64,000 bases of DNA from Octopus bimaculoides (GCF_001194135.2 NC_069004.1:2018934-2082933); one strand, 5' to 3'. Counted from the stretch's first letter, positions 52,735 through 64,000 are shown. A program made the numbers and translations. Notes: generated by a model from the sequence alone, not told the origin.

Positions 52735-55700
52735 GACAGAGGCTTCCACACATTTTCCACTTACTTCATGCACTCACAAGGCATTAATAGGCTTTAGCAG
52801 AAAGCTCTTGCCCAAGGTGTCACACAGTGGAACTGAACCTGAAACTAATTAGTGGTTATGAAGCAAACTTCTCAACCACACAACCATGTCTGCACTTTGT
52901 TAATAATTTTAAAAGGTGCCTGTATATGATGGCTTCTGTACAGTTTCCATTGATTTATTCATAAGTCAGTGGACTATAACAGAAGACACTTTCCAAGGCA
53001 CCGTGCAATGAGAATGAAGTCAAAATCCTGTGGTTGTAAACTTCTTCGGCGCACAATTTCGCCTCTGTCTCTTCTACATTTTTCAATGATTGGAGGTTTG
53101 TTAGCGAAAAATGAGATCAAAATACAATAATACTTCGCTATGGAAAAAAATAAAAAAGCAAAAAAACAAAATGCTACTAGTCATTGCACAAAAATAAAAT
53201 TCTTCCATTGACTGTCGTCATCCAAACTAAAACAGCTCTATTAAAAATAATAAACATAGAGAATTAAATTAAAACTAATTATGCACTAAGGAGAAATCAT
53301 CATTAAGAATTTAATTAGAAGCACATATGCACAAGTTATTGAAAATAATTGTATCATAAGTAATTGTAATCAGATTTTTCATACTTTGCAAATATGATAC
53401 ATTAACACTAACTTAACTATTGTTTTTTCATACAGGTGGTGTCTCTGAGTAAGCAACCTACACTAAATTTTAATACTTAGTTGTGTAACATATTGCACTT
53501 GTTCTTAATGGTTCTCATTATTAATAATGCAAGTGTAGTGAAATTTATTTGCTGAGGAGGACTAAGTGTATTGAAACATGTCTTTAGTTATCTTCCATAC
53601 TTGTCAAAATAATTAAAACATCAGTCAGTAACTTAGTATTATCGTTTCAATACTGTGTATATATTTCTAAGATTCTTGGTAACCAAAGACAATTTGTTAG
53701 CTTGTACCATGCTGTTGTTGATTGTTTTAGGTACCTATGCAGTCGTGAGCAGACATAAGCACTCTTTGTTGTCTCAATCTTGATTCAGAATGTGACAGGA
53801 GAAGATAAAGTGAAAGCTGCACCAGGACAAAGCTGGTACTTTCTTTATTGATGTCAGGGCAAGAAGTCTCATCCAACCTTTGCCAGAAGGGCAAAGCTAA
53901 CATAAAAATGACTGATGATTCGCTCAAGTTTTTTATAAAATTTTTGGTGTCATATTTCATATGATTTAAAGAAAACCAAACAATGTGCTGGATGATTTTA
54001 TAGCTCTTTTTCTTGCCAGTCAGTTGTGTTCATGACACAGCAAGCTGGTTGAAATATGTGAGATTTAGTTATTAGGTCGAACAACTCGGAAACCTTGAAA
54101 GGAAAAACTCTTACAATTAAGTTGCGTCTGTCAATGTACAACTGTCCTGGGAAAAAGCTCTGCTTACATCTTGATTCATTTAGCATTGCAAGTAAAAGTG
54201 ATGAAGGGATTAAGACATCCATAAGTCACAGCATCCTTTGTCCTCTCCAGCATATATCTTAAGCTTCCTATAAAACTAGATGGGAGAGTTCAAAGCTATT
54301 CAAACTCTGTCTCAGCAACATTATTGCTAATGCCATCTAATAAATGCATGTACAATTCTGAATGTAGTTCTTTTCCATATGTTTTTATGTAACACAACTT
54401 CAATACATCTTATGCTTGTCTCTTGTTGCAAGACATTCTTTGTTCTCAGATATTGTCTATTTCCGTTCCTCATTATACGTTTCTTACAGTTCATACATAT
54501 TAAAAAAACAGCATCCAATTACATCACCGGTATTACATTCCACTTTTTGCTGACTCTAATTAGTTTAATCTCTGCTAATTCTTAACACCCATTCTTTAAC
54601 TGTTTAAATGGACTATTGTTTCCCCAAACATTCATTATAAAAATTAATAATTTCTTACATTTCACTTGCTCCTTTAGAATGTCCTTAATTGCCAAATATA
54701 ATACATTATATATTTAACCCTAATCCCTTTTTATCCTCACACCTTATCTACTCCTCCACTTATAAAAATTTAGCATCTTACTGCATAATTAGTATCATAT
54801 TTTATTTCTGCTAATTCTAGACTCTTATTCTTAATTAATTTTTAAATTTTTAAACATAATACATTATATATTTAGCTCTAATCATTTTAACCCTCGGTCT
54901 CCTTCAGTGCACAGGACCACTACCTTAAAGAATATCTGTATTAGCAGTTATCTTTATTACTTGGTGAACATATTGGCGAATTGGTATAAATCTCACTGAA
55001 AGATCAGTCCTTGAGTGTAAACCTGACTGAAAGACTATCTTCATATATCACTAGCAATGCTTCACTCGGGAAGCATCATCACCATAATTTAATGTCCATT
55101 TTCCATGCTGGTATGGGTAGGATGGTTTGACAGGAGCTGGCAAGCCGAAGGGCTGCACCAGGCTCCAGTTATCTGTTTCGGCACAGTTTCTACAGCTGGA
55201 TGCTCTTTTCAATGCCGACTACTTTACTGAGTGTACTGGGTACTTTTTATGTGGTACCAACATGGGTGCATTTTTATGAGGTGCTGGTACAGGTGCTTTT
55301 TATGTGATGTTGGCACAGGACATTTTTAGAATTGATTTACTTATTGGAAGATGTTGCATGAGCATTATTAATGATAACTAATCAACAAACTTTATTAATC
55401 CTCTCAGATATATAATATGGCACTTTGTTTAGCTTTAATCCTTAGTTATTTTGAAAACTTAAATCATAAAATATATAACCCTCAGTCCATAAAATTACAG
55501 GTCTTATACCAAAATTTGAAACTATTCTTATTATTTACTATTATTTAAATCCAATTTATTGTGAAATCATTATCAAATCTTTAAGGGTGGCACAGATGGT
55601 AACACATTGAACGGTCATTAGTTTTGCATATTATTCCACCATTGATCTGCAGGAAATATTTACTGTATTCAGTTCAGTTGACTACAGCTGCTCCAATCTG

Positions 55701-56624
55701 TGTAAGTATGTGTGGAGGTACAAAATATATTACACAATAGAAATTTATATTGGGTCAAGAGGTCACTAACTGACCAGACTGCATCAAAAACTAAGTAGTG
55801 TAGTGGGCAGAGACAATGACAACAACAAGACTTTTCACTTAGTATATAGGATTTTCCTGTAGAATATATATTTTCCTCTTACGTTCCATGAGCAGTCCTA
55901 GTTTAACATACAAAACATTGGTTTGATACTTCATTGCTAGAAGTAGACGAAACATAAACTCCTTAACATTCCAGTCATGTGACAGAAATATTACACCATC
56001 AGGTCATTTCCACCGTTATTTCAAGTCCACTTAAGGCATGGATTATAGCACTTGTGTACACGTCTTTTACATATATCTGTCTGTTGCTGTGACACGACAT
56101 GCACAAGGACCAATGGTGAAAACATATTGGCCAACACCGACAACAGTCCTTCATCCTCATCTACCAGTCCTTCACCTGTCAACTTGCTGCAGTCCTTTCA
56201 GAGATGCTTTTCAGCACTCCTTGCACCATAACCATTTCCTTTACTTCACAACCATCCACTTTCCCTGAAGGAGTTCACCACAAAGGAACTATTGTAGGAT
56301 GTAGTAGTCCCATCTACCAAATTCCATTCACAAAGTTTTGCTCAACTCAAGGCTTTGACAGAAGGCAGCTGATGAAGATGCTTGCATATTGGAATCAAAT
56401 CCAGAACCATGTGGTCGGGAACTGAACTTCTCAATCAATCTGTACACATTCTTGCATGACTAATCCATTCGTTGGTTGCTTATGCCCTTGCTAGGTATTC
56501 CCATGCTTTGAAGCAGCAATATACAATAACAAAACTTCTAAAATAACAAGCAATATTGTAGTCACTACAATATAATACCTAAATTCATAATTTAAATCTG
56601 AGCTTTTAGAAAGCTGTTACTTTA

Positions 56625-56950
56625 TCAATTACTTAGGCCCATTGCTCCCAATGAAGTGCAGGCCATTGACAGCTTTTCTCCACTGCTCTGGGCTCTGGGC
56701 TTTTAGATTAGAAGTGACCTTCCTTTCCTAGCTTGTTGGTTTTGAAATGGCCTCGGTGCTTCTGGCCCATTTTTACCTCTGGGAAGAGGTAGTCCTTATT
56801 AGTCTGGTCGCTGTCCTTAGCCATGTCCAGCATGGGAATACCTACCAGGAGCTTATGCTCTGCTGGCATAGCTCCACGGTCATTGAGGGTTGAGGGACAC
56901 AAGCTACCATGCGACAGCAAGGAACAAACTATGTGGTGGGCTGCTTCATC
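56625..56950 (-). mobile_element. Short bipartite RTE-derived element (5' UTR joined to 3' end)
   Basis: The 5' half has GAGCTATGCC...CCCATGCTGGACA...ACCAGACTAA, shared with the 24800 relic. The 3' half ends in CAGTGGAGAAAAGCTGTCAATGGCCTGCAC...GGCCTAAGTAA. Confidence 0.55.
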
Positions 56951-57436
56951 AACGCCAATTAAAAATGCACAGCACAGCAACGATTCTGCCAGCTCACCAT
57001 TTTGTCTGTTGTGTATATCACTTGCTTGTAGTCAAAGGTCTTAAAAGAGTCACCTAGAGATAAAAAGAAATAAAACATAATGAAATATAATGGAAACTCA
57101 AAGTTTGATATTTTTAATGTAGCCAAGGCAACAGAATGCAATGTATCCAAAAGATGGCTGGAACCTGCAAAGATATAAAAACTGGTCGTTGAGTCATTTG
57201 CACAACTGATGGTAGCCATTTGCACAATATCATTGACTTTATGATTATAATCTGAGCTTCCACTACACTTACGTTTTATGTTATTTTATATAAATGGTTA
57301 TTTGTGTGTGCAAGGTTATGTTTGTATGCATGAAATGTGTACAGTGCTTTCAACAACTGAGGAGTTGCAGGGACTTCAATTTTGACTTTTTTTTGCAGAT
57401 TCGTATGGCCCGTAGCTGAAAAGTGGAGGGAGGGGT

Positions 57437-57446
57437 NNNNNNNNNN
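57437..57446. other. Assembly gap (10 N)
   Basis: Run of N. Confidence 1.
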
Positions 57447-59808
57447 CCGAATTGGTGATTAAATAAATGGAGATATTTAATTAAAATAATGTGTGTGTGT
57501 GTATATATATATATATATAAAGATTAGTTACATTAAACACACCACACACACGTGTGTGTGCTTGTCAGCATTTTCCATTTCTTATACTGACTTTTTACTC
57601 TACTCGATTCCTTTTTCTCTCCATCTTTTATCCTTGTTCCCTTCCTCTGCTATTTGAAAACCATCAGATTCTCACAATCAGTCCGGTCTTTTAGCGGCCC
57701 CTCTTTTCTTGTTTCCACCTAGGGACCTCCTAAGTACCAGTTCTCGTTAAGTTTTTCTTAAGTCATCATCATTCTATCTCCCTCTTACAATTCACCTTGC
57801 GCAGTTATCTTACCTTCCTCTTTCAAACATTTCATACAGTATTTCTTTTTTCTGTTTCTCTAATATCGATATTGATATGATTCCATCTATATCTTTCCCA
57901 TTTTGATGACAGGCACAGTCCAAAACGTTACTAAATTCTTCTTTTTACAACTCGCAAACCAATTATGATGTTTATAATTTTACAGTCTGATTTCAGCCGG
58001 TGTAGTCCAGCTCTAAGCTTAAGCACTCTAACGATTATTTCAATATATGCATACATTACATTAAAAGTACACACACATTATTAGTGTTATAAGCACACAC
58101 GTACACTTGTAACTGCGTGTTTGATAGATATGTAGACAGAGCGCTAGCAAGCTGGTACATAATGTAATTACATACAGTATCCATATATTTTAAGTTTAGA
58201 TTCATGTATATAGAAAGTTAACGAAGCACTAGCCACTCAAATTACAGCAGGCATGCATTAAAAGCTAAGCTGTTTTTGTATCATATATAGATTAAAAATA
58301 CACACAAACGTATACATATAGAAATCAGATACATACATCTACTGCTACCACACCTTATTCAGGTTAATCTCTCCAATATTGCATATTTATGTTAATAGTA
58401 TCTGAGCATACACAATGCAGCAGTAGCGTGGAATATATAAAGATGTGCAATTTACGCATATATGGCACCATCGCCACCACGACCATTATCACCGTCATTG
58501 ACAGCAACACCCCCTTAGCTCCTCCACCAACGCAAATACCACAACTATTATAACAGCCACCACCACCATTATCGCCGCCGCCGTCTTTGGATACAGTCAA
58601 TCAATCAAAAGCACTTCCCTCGTTACCAAGGAAACTGGCCCGGGCCTCTGTATGCCGTAAGAACGAACAGCCTACATTTCATGAATTTCACCAGCTGTGA
58701 ACTTTATCATATTCACCTACTTAGTGTAGATTTACCGAATATAATGCTCTTATTCTATGATATAGAAACTGACCAAGGAAGCCAACAAACTTCGGATAAC
58801 TAAACATCTGAAAGAAACTGCTTAAACAAAATATTTTTTATACCAGACTAACATTTCTACGCGCACATATTCATATACCATACTTATATTTTGTTTCAAT
58901 TAACTCCCATGTTACTTGGAGATGAAATTATGACCTTATTTCATTTTACTATTTCACCTTATGGAATTAAGACTGCTTTCTGAGAAGGAATGATGGCTAA
59001 TTCAGGAAAAACCATATAATATTATATATGATTAATATTACATGTCTGCATATCGATTTTAGTTGAGCAATATATATATTCTTTAAAGCTGTTCGCTTTA
59101 CCTCTTTCTCATTTTTAAGCATCGTGCAAATATCTATTTTGAGACTGCATAAACTATATATGATTTGTAATATATCACTCACTCTACAACCCAATATTTG
59201 CCTTATTATCGCAATGAATTCCATGTTTTTCGTTATGATATAGTTTCCAATTTATTTCATCTAATCTATTTATCTCAACTGATAAAACTTTATTTCCCGC
59301 CTAACTGGCATATTTTTGCCGATCTTTTCACTCTGGACATTTTTCTTTGTAGATATCTTTTTTAACATCTTTTCCAAGATAGCAAAATACATCTATGGAT
59401 GAGTCTTATATATTTGGATTGCGAGGTAATCATCCGGATAACACATATAAATATATCGCTTCATAAATGGGATTTTTGTTAAAAATAGGTATATTACGAT
59501 CAATAATTTCTTCAAATATCACCACTTTATATAGAAATCTGAAACCAGAGGAACAAGATTAATTCGGTATTTATACCTCGTCTATTTTTCTAACACGGGA
59601 AGGGGATTAAAAAAAAAATTGAATTTAAAAGATAAATAGCTCACGTCCGACAGGAGTGTACATGGAAACACTGTATAAAATAAACATCAAATTTGGTCCG
59701 TGTGTCTCAACTTGAAACTAGCTGACCAACAACAACCTGCTCGTCTCCGCCCAGGGGTAAGAAAAAAATCAACAAAAAACACATGAGGTAAATACAACTT
59801 GTCTCATC

Positions 59809-60396
59809 ATGTTGACGGCCGAAGAAGAATTCTTGAGAACATGGAGAGTGAAGAAAAATGAGAAAATAGGTAAAAATGTAGTTAGCATGACAAAGGAACA
59901 ATACAACAAATACCTGCTCATTTTGAAAGGGGCTTGGGACAAGAAAACTGCTTGGACTGGGGAAGAATACAATGTAACACGCCGTTTTGATTTGGTCACC
60001 AACGATCAAGGAACAAAACTAATTAAGAGAAGAAGAAGAAGAGACTCCGAATCCGTTCGTCCTTACATTGCCGATGAGGATTTATTTCGAGCCCTGAAAG
60101 CTGTCCACTTAACACATTCTCATGCTGGTATTAACAGAATGCAGAACATCACCCGTCAGTTATATGCCAATGTGACAGCCGAAGCCATAAAAATCTATAT
60201 TTCTTTATGTCCGAGGTGCAGTAGTCGCAGACATGGAAATTACAAGACCCATTGTAGTAAGGCTAGATTCAACAAGAGTCCAGTGAAGTCAGCAAATCCG
60301 CTAACGGGTAGATGGAACGACAAGAAGAATGACCAGTCACAGTCGGAATTGTTGATGTTGAGAATATTAAAAAGTGAGGATTTGGTGATGGAAAAT
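59809..60396 (+). CDS. KRBA2/SCAND3-like (Ginger-class transposase-derived) N-terminal module with integrase H2C2 zinc-binding motif, no catalytic core
   Basis: Uninterrupted ORF from ATG 59809 with H100-X4-H105-X28-C134-X2-C137 (HLTHSHAG...YANVTAEAIKIYISLCPRC), as in KRBA2-like proteins. Phase-0 donor AAT|GTAAGT after 60396. If unspliced, the ORF stops at 60462. Confidence 0.75.
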
Positions 60397-60446
60397 GTAA
60401 GTTTATATGTTTGTCTCCCCTGGACTCTCTTTCTATTCTGTTTTAC

Positions 60447-60890
60447 ATTTAACACCATTTAAACGTGGGTCCAATCTGAATGGGGGTGGGACATTGTGAC
60501 GATAACCAGATGTATATTGCATTTTTTAAAAATTTAACACCATTAAACGTCGGTTCTAATCCGACTGGGGTCAGTGTAAACGTTAAACAAATGTATATAA
60601 CTTTCGTTATTTAACGCTATTAAACATGGATTGACATGATTAGGAGCACTGTAAACATAAACGGATGCATCTAACTTTAACATCATTGATCGTGGGTTCT
60701 AATTTGGTCAGGGGCATTGCTATAACAAACAACTGTAATGTTCTGGGGTTTTTTTTTTTAATATTTAACACCATTGCACATAAATTCTAACCTAATTAGG
60801 ACGTTACAACGCTTAACAAATGGAAAAATAACTTTATTTAACACTGTTGAACGCGGGCATTGTAAGAATAAACAACTGAATATGACATTA
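60447..60890. repeat. Degenerate minisatellite, 6 units of 66-88 bp
   Basis: Motif (A/C)TTTAACACCATT(A/G)AACGTGGGTTCTAAT, with variants, starts at 60447, 60532, 60609, 60675, 60763 and 60836. Confidence 0.75.
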
Positions 60891-61824
60891 GATACCAAAA
60901 AAAAAAAAAATTGTCTATATAGCAGTGGGTAGATAGTTGCCTGCTGAAATTTAAAATATTGATAAAGAGTATTATTTCATTATGGTAGTATTGAGGACTG
61001 TTATAAAATTATATGTACATAACTCGAATTATAATGCTACATGTTTATAGCATTGTAAGAAAGGTATTTCACTTAAGTTATGTTATGTTGTGAAATAAAA
61101 GTCATCGTCTTAATTAGTAAAAAGGAGAAGAAAAAAAATGCTAAAAATTTGATCAGCTGATGTTTCTAGCATGATTCGTTATTCGCCCCAAACTTCCATC
61201 GGCAAGGCACACATCTCGGCTAAAAATATATTTTAGGGTAGAATCTCCTGTGTTACCCTTCAAGCTTTTATTTTGTCTTGGTCTGAGACTCTTATGTTTC
61301 CGTGCATGAAAAAGGAGTTAATCGAAAGAGATACAATTATAGTTTTTATGAATTTCAGCATTGCATTTAAAAAAAAAAATACCTTCAAATAAAATAGCAA
61401 ACATTACTTGTATTTCTTCTAATGTGTGAAATCTTGCCGAAGTTGTGGTCGTGAGAAAAACTTGGAAAGTCACGTTGAAGATTTTACGCAGCTGAAATGT
61501 AGAGATGTGGAATATATTGTAGATCACATCTCCACACGTTTTTATTTGCCTTAGTAACTGTATGGTTGATGTTACTATGGGCACTCAGTTATATAACCCC
61601 TTCTCTAACAATGTAATTTATATCACAGATCAAGACAGCTTGTATGTCAAACACATTTCGTTTGATTTATTGTAGTATCCAAGAAAAAAAAAAAGGTATT
61701 GTAGGAACATAGAAAGAGAGGAGGGAGTTTCCTGAGACTGCAGTCTTTTGAGAAGATGGATGTGATGTTGGTTTAGGATTTAAATCGAATATCCCGAATA
61801 TATTTCGAATAGGTCAAGTGTATA

Positions 61825-62015
61825 TATTTATTTCTTTATTGCCCACAGGAGGCTAAACATAGAGAGGACAAACAAGGATATACAAAGGGATTAAGTCGAT
61901 TACATCGACCCTAGTGCGTAACTGGTAATAGATTTATCGACCCCGAAAGGATGAAAGGCAAAGTCGACCTCGGCGGAATTTGAACTCAGAACGTAACGGC
62001 AGACGAAATACCGTG
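61825..62015 (-). repeat. Third SINE-like family (ACTTTGCCTTTCATCCTTTCGGGGTCGATAAA core)
   Basis: Homologous copies at about 9245-9400 (-) and 45375-45545 (+). Confidence 0.75.
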
Positions 62016-62812
62016 TATATACTGGAACATTTTGAAGTATAGGTTTCATGAGTTATTTGAGTATGATAAAAATTATTGAATTTGTGGTTATCTAGATTTT
62101 ATTACCATCCCTTAATAGTTTAAACTTTGCTTATATGCTGTCACTCAATACTCAAAGATTCCTAAGATCGTACTGGCCTGGGGTGGCGTGAGGGAGAATG
62201 GATGAATCAAGGGTGCCGGAGTAGAAGTAACACGAAACCAACTTGCTCAAAGAAGCAGAGGCCTCTCTAATAGTAGAAATGACCGAGAGGAGGCAACATG
62301 CTTTGACACCGAAGTTTGGAGAGATGATGACCGAATTCATATCAGGTTGTCGAGTAGCCTTTTTTTATGCGGTACTTCATTCTGGATCTCACACGGACTT
62401 CGTAGAAAGTTAGTTGTTGGGGACTCAAGTATTTTCGGGCCCTGTAGTCTTTGATGTATTAAGTATGTGGGATTATTAAAAGAGATCCTTAATAATGGGA
62501 AGTCTAGCTGTTGTAGCGACCTCGAGTGTTCACGATTTTTTCACTTTCCAAACCTCGGGCCAAACTTTTCGCTGAATAACTTTTTCATAAAATTGCATTT
62601 TCTTGAAAAAACTCTTTCTGTCTGTTTTTCATTCTACCAACAGCCTGAAATAATCCTAACTTTTGGATTGGTAGAGTGGCGGACGGAAGTACATTGCTAT
62701 AGTAAAAGTATCTTTAAAAAATTTATATTCTACCGAGAGTGCCTTTACTTTACATCTTCCTTAGTTAGGGAGTATCAATCACATACGACTGGGGTCGATT
62801 TAATCGACTATA

Positions 62813-63550
62813 CACACTGAAAATCCTATATCCGAAATTCCCAAATCCGAAAACACCCCAAATCCGAAAGTTTTTTGTGGACATGCCTCAAATAGAATAT
62901 TCTACAAAGTGCTAGGAAAGTTCCACCAAGTGCAGATGTTGTGTGCCGTTATGGCACGTGACTTCACCTACCCTGGGTACAGTTTTCCCATCAAAGTTCA
63001 GTTGCCAATTTGACGGCAGTTTGTTCGCAGGTCATCACAGTGACACCTTCGCTCGTTACCTGTGCTCTGTGACGTGGAGATATTGTCGGAAATGCCGAAA
63101 AGGCTTGGAAATACCCACATGGGTAATCGTGAAAGGAAAAAGAGAAAACATTTATCTTTAACTATAACGCAGAAAGTTAAGTTGTTGAAAAAACTTGACA
63201 GCGGTGTAAGTGTGAAGCATCTGACTGAGGAGTTTGGTGTCGGTACAACGACTGTCTACGACCTGAAAAAACAGAAGGACAAACTGTTAAAGTTCTACGA
63301 AGAAAGTGATGATCAAAGCTTGATGAAAAGCAGAAAAAAATTACATAGAGCGAAAAATGAAGATCTCGATCGTGTTCTAATGGAATGGATTCGTCAGCGT
63401 CGAAGTGAACGCATGCCGATTAATGCAGTGCTGATCAGGAAACAAGCAAAAATCTATCATAACAAACTGAAAATTGAGGGTAGCTGTGAATATTCAGCAG
63501 GCTGGTTGCAAAAATTTAGGAAAAGGCATGGCATTAAATCTTTAAAAACA
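62813..63550 (+). mobile_element. Tigger/pogo DNA transposon left end (Tigger4/Zombi-like), truncated
   Basis: TA at 62811-62812 followed by CACACTGAAAATCCTATATCCGAAATTCCCAAATCCGAAAACACCCCAAATCCGAAAGTTTTTTG, with the repeated TCCGAAA units of Tigger4-type ends, then a transposase ORF. No right TIR in the window. Confidence 0.8.
63092..63550 (+). CDS. Tigger/pogo transposase DNA-binding region (HTH_psq-like plus CENP-B-type HTH), no DDE domain
   Basis: MPKRLGNTHMGNRERKKRKHLSLTITQKVKLL...GVGTTTVYDLKK...LMEWIRQRR...YSAGWLQKFRKRHGI, 153 codons without stop or frameshift. Ends at phase-0 donor ACA|GTAAGC. The unspliced ORF stops at 63643. Confidence 0.85.
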
Positions 63551-63837
63551 GTAAGCACAAAACGTGATTTTTATTTTACACCTGAATTTCACCTGTGTAA
63601 TGAGTATAACACGACTAACATCGTTACTTGTACATTACTTTAAAAAAAAACCAAAATGCTATGTTGACTTTTTCAGTTTTCGTTTTATTTACCTGTAATC
63701 ATGGTCAATGCTTTGGGCTTTTAAAAAAACTTATATCTTACATAAAATCCAATATCCGTTATAGCGAAGAACGAAATACAAATGGCGTACGTGTACTGTA
63801 ATCTTTTAATCGAAACTGATGTTATCCTACTGTTCTG

Positions 63838-64000
63838 ATGGTAAGCGTGGGTGTGTGGTAAGAAGCCTACTTCCCAACTACATCGTTCCGGGTTCAATCC
63901 CACTGCGCGGCACCTTTGGCTAGTACCTTCTACTATAGCTTCGGGCCGGCCAAAGCCTTGTGAAAGGACTTGGTATACGGAAACTGAAAGAAGCTCATTG
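63838..64000 (+). repeat. tRNA-headed SINE, CpG-intact copy
   Basis: GGGTGTGTGGTAAGAAGC...CCGGGTTCAATCCCACTGCGCGGCACC...CGGGCCGGCCAAAGCCTTGTG. Confidence 0.85.

Noticed and set aside
53998-54550. CR1/L2-like LINE relic (SRCKQSFFP)
   Set aside because: Only one short motif is recognisable, which is not enough to call.
55844-55856. 13-bp inverse match to the Tigger left end (62819-62831) as the partner TIR
   Set aside because: It lies upstream and faces outward, it is short and AT-rich, and it has no flanking Tigger sequence.
58364-58600. Gly-rich minus-strand ORF
   Set aside because: Derived from (CCA/CCG)n low-complexity sequence.
60447-60890. CRISPR-like repeat-spacer array
   Set aside because: Eukaryotic context, repeats too degenerate, spacers partly homologous to each other, and no cas genes. 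Treated as a minisatellite.
60396-63079. Direct in-frame fusion of the Ginger exon to the Tigger exon
   Set aside because: The good acceptors (63031, 63041) hit stops before the Tigger ATG in the relevant frames. The only in-frame join needs a poor GAG acceptor at about 63078.

Overview
AT-rich, intron-rich animal genomic DNA with dense SINE/LINE relics and microsatellites. The repeat content suggests an octopus or related coleoid cephalopod (inference). The main feature is a minus-strand PP6 regulatory subunit gene (SAPS/SIT4-associated family, PPP6R3-like). I traced 23 coding exons by hand from the ATG at 24357 to about 3608-3702. All have GT-AG introns and consistent phases, giving about 830-860 aa. 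The 3' end is uncertain, and several microexon-like segments lie further downstream. Candidate non-coding 5' exons and a promoter lie about 23-25 kb upstream (47.5-49.5 kb). At the right end are two intact plus-strand ORFs that encode only transposase-derived N-terminal domains: a KRBA2/Ginger-like H2C2 zinc-binding module (59809-60396) and a Tigger/pogo HTH module resembling mammalian Tigger4/Zombi (63092-63550). Each stops before the catalytic core at a phase-0 splice donor. This pair is the most interesting part of the window. The rest is decayed RTE, Penelope, maT and mariner fragments, MITE-like palindromes and several SINE families. Repeat boundaries are approximate. Family assignments come from remembered motifs, not database searches.
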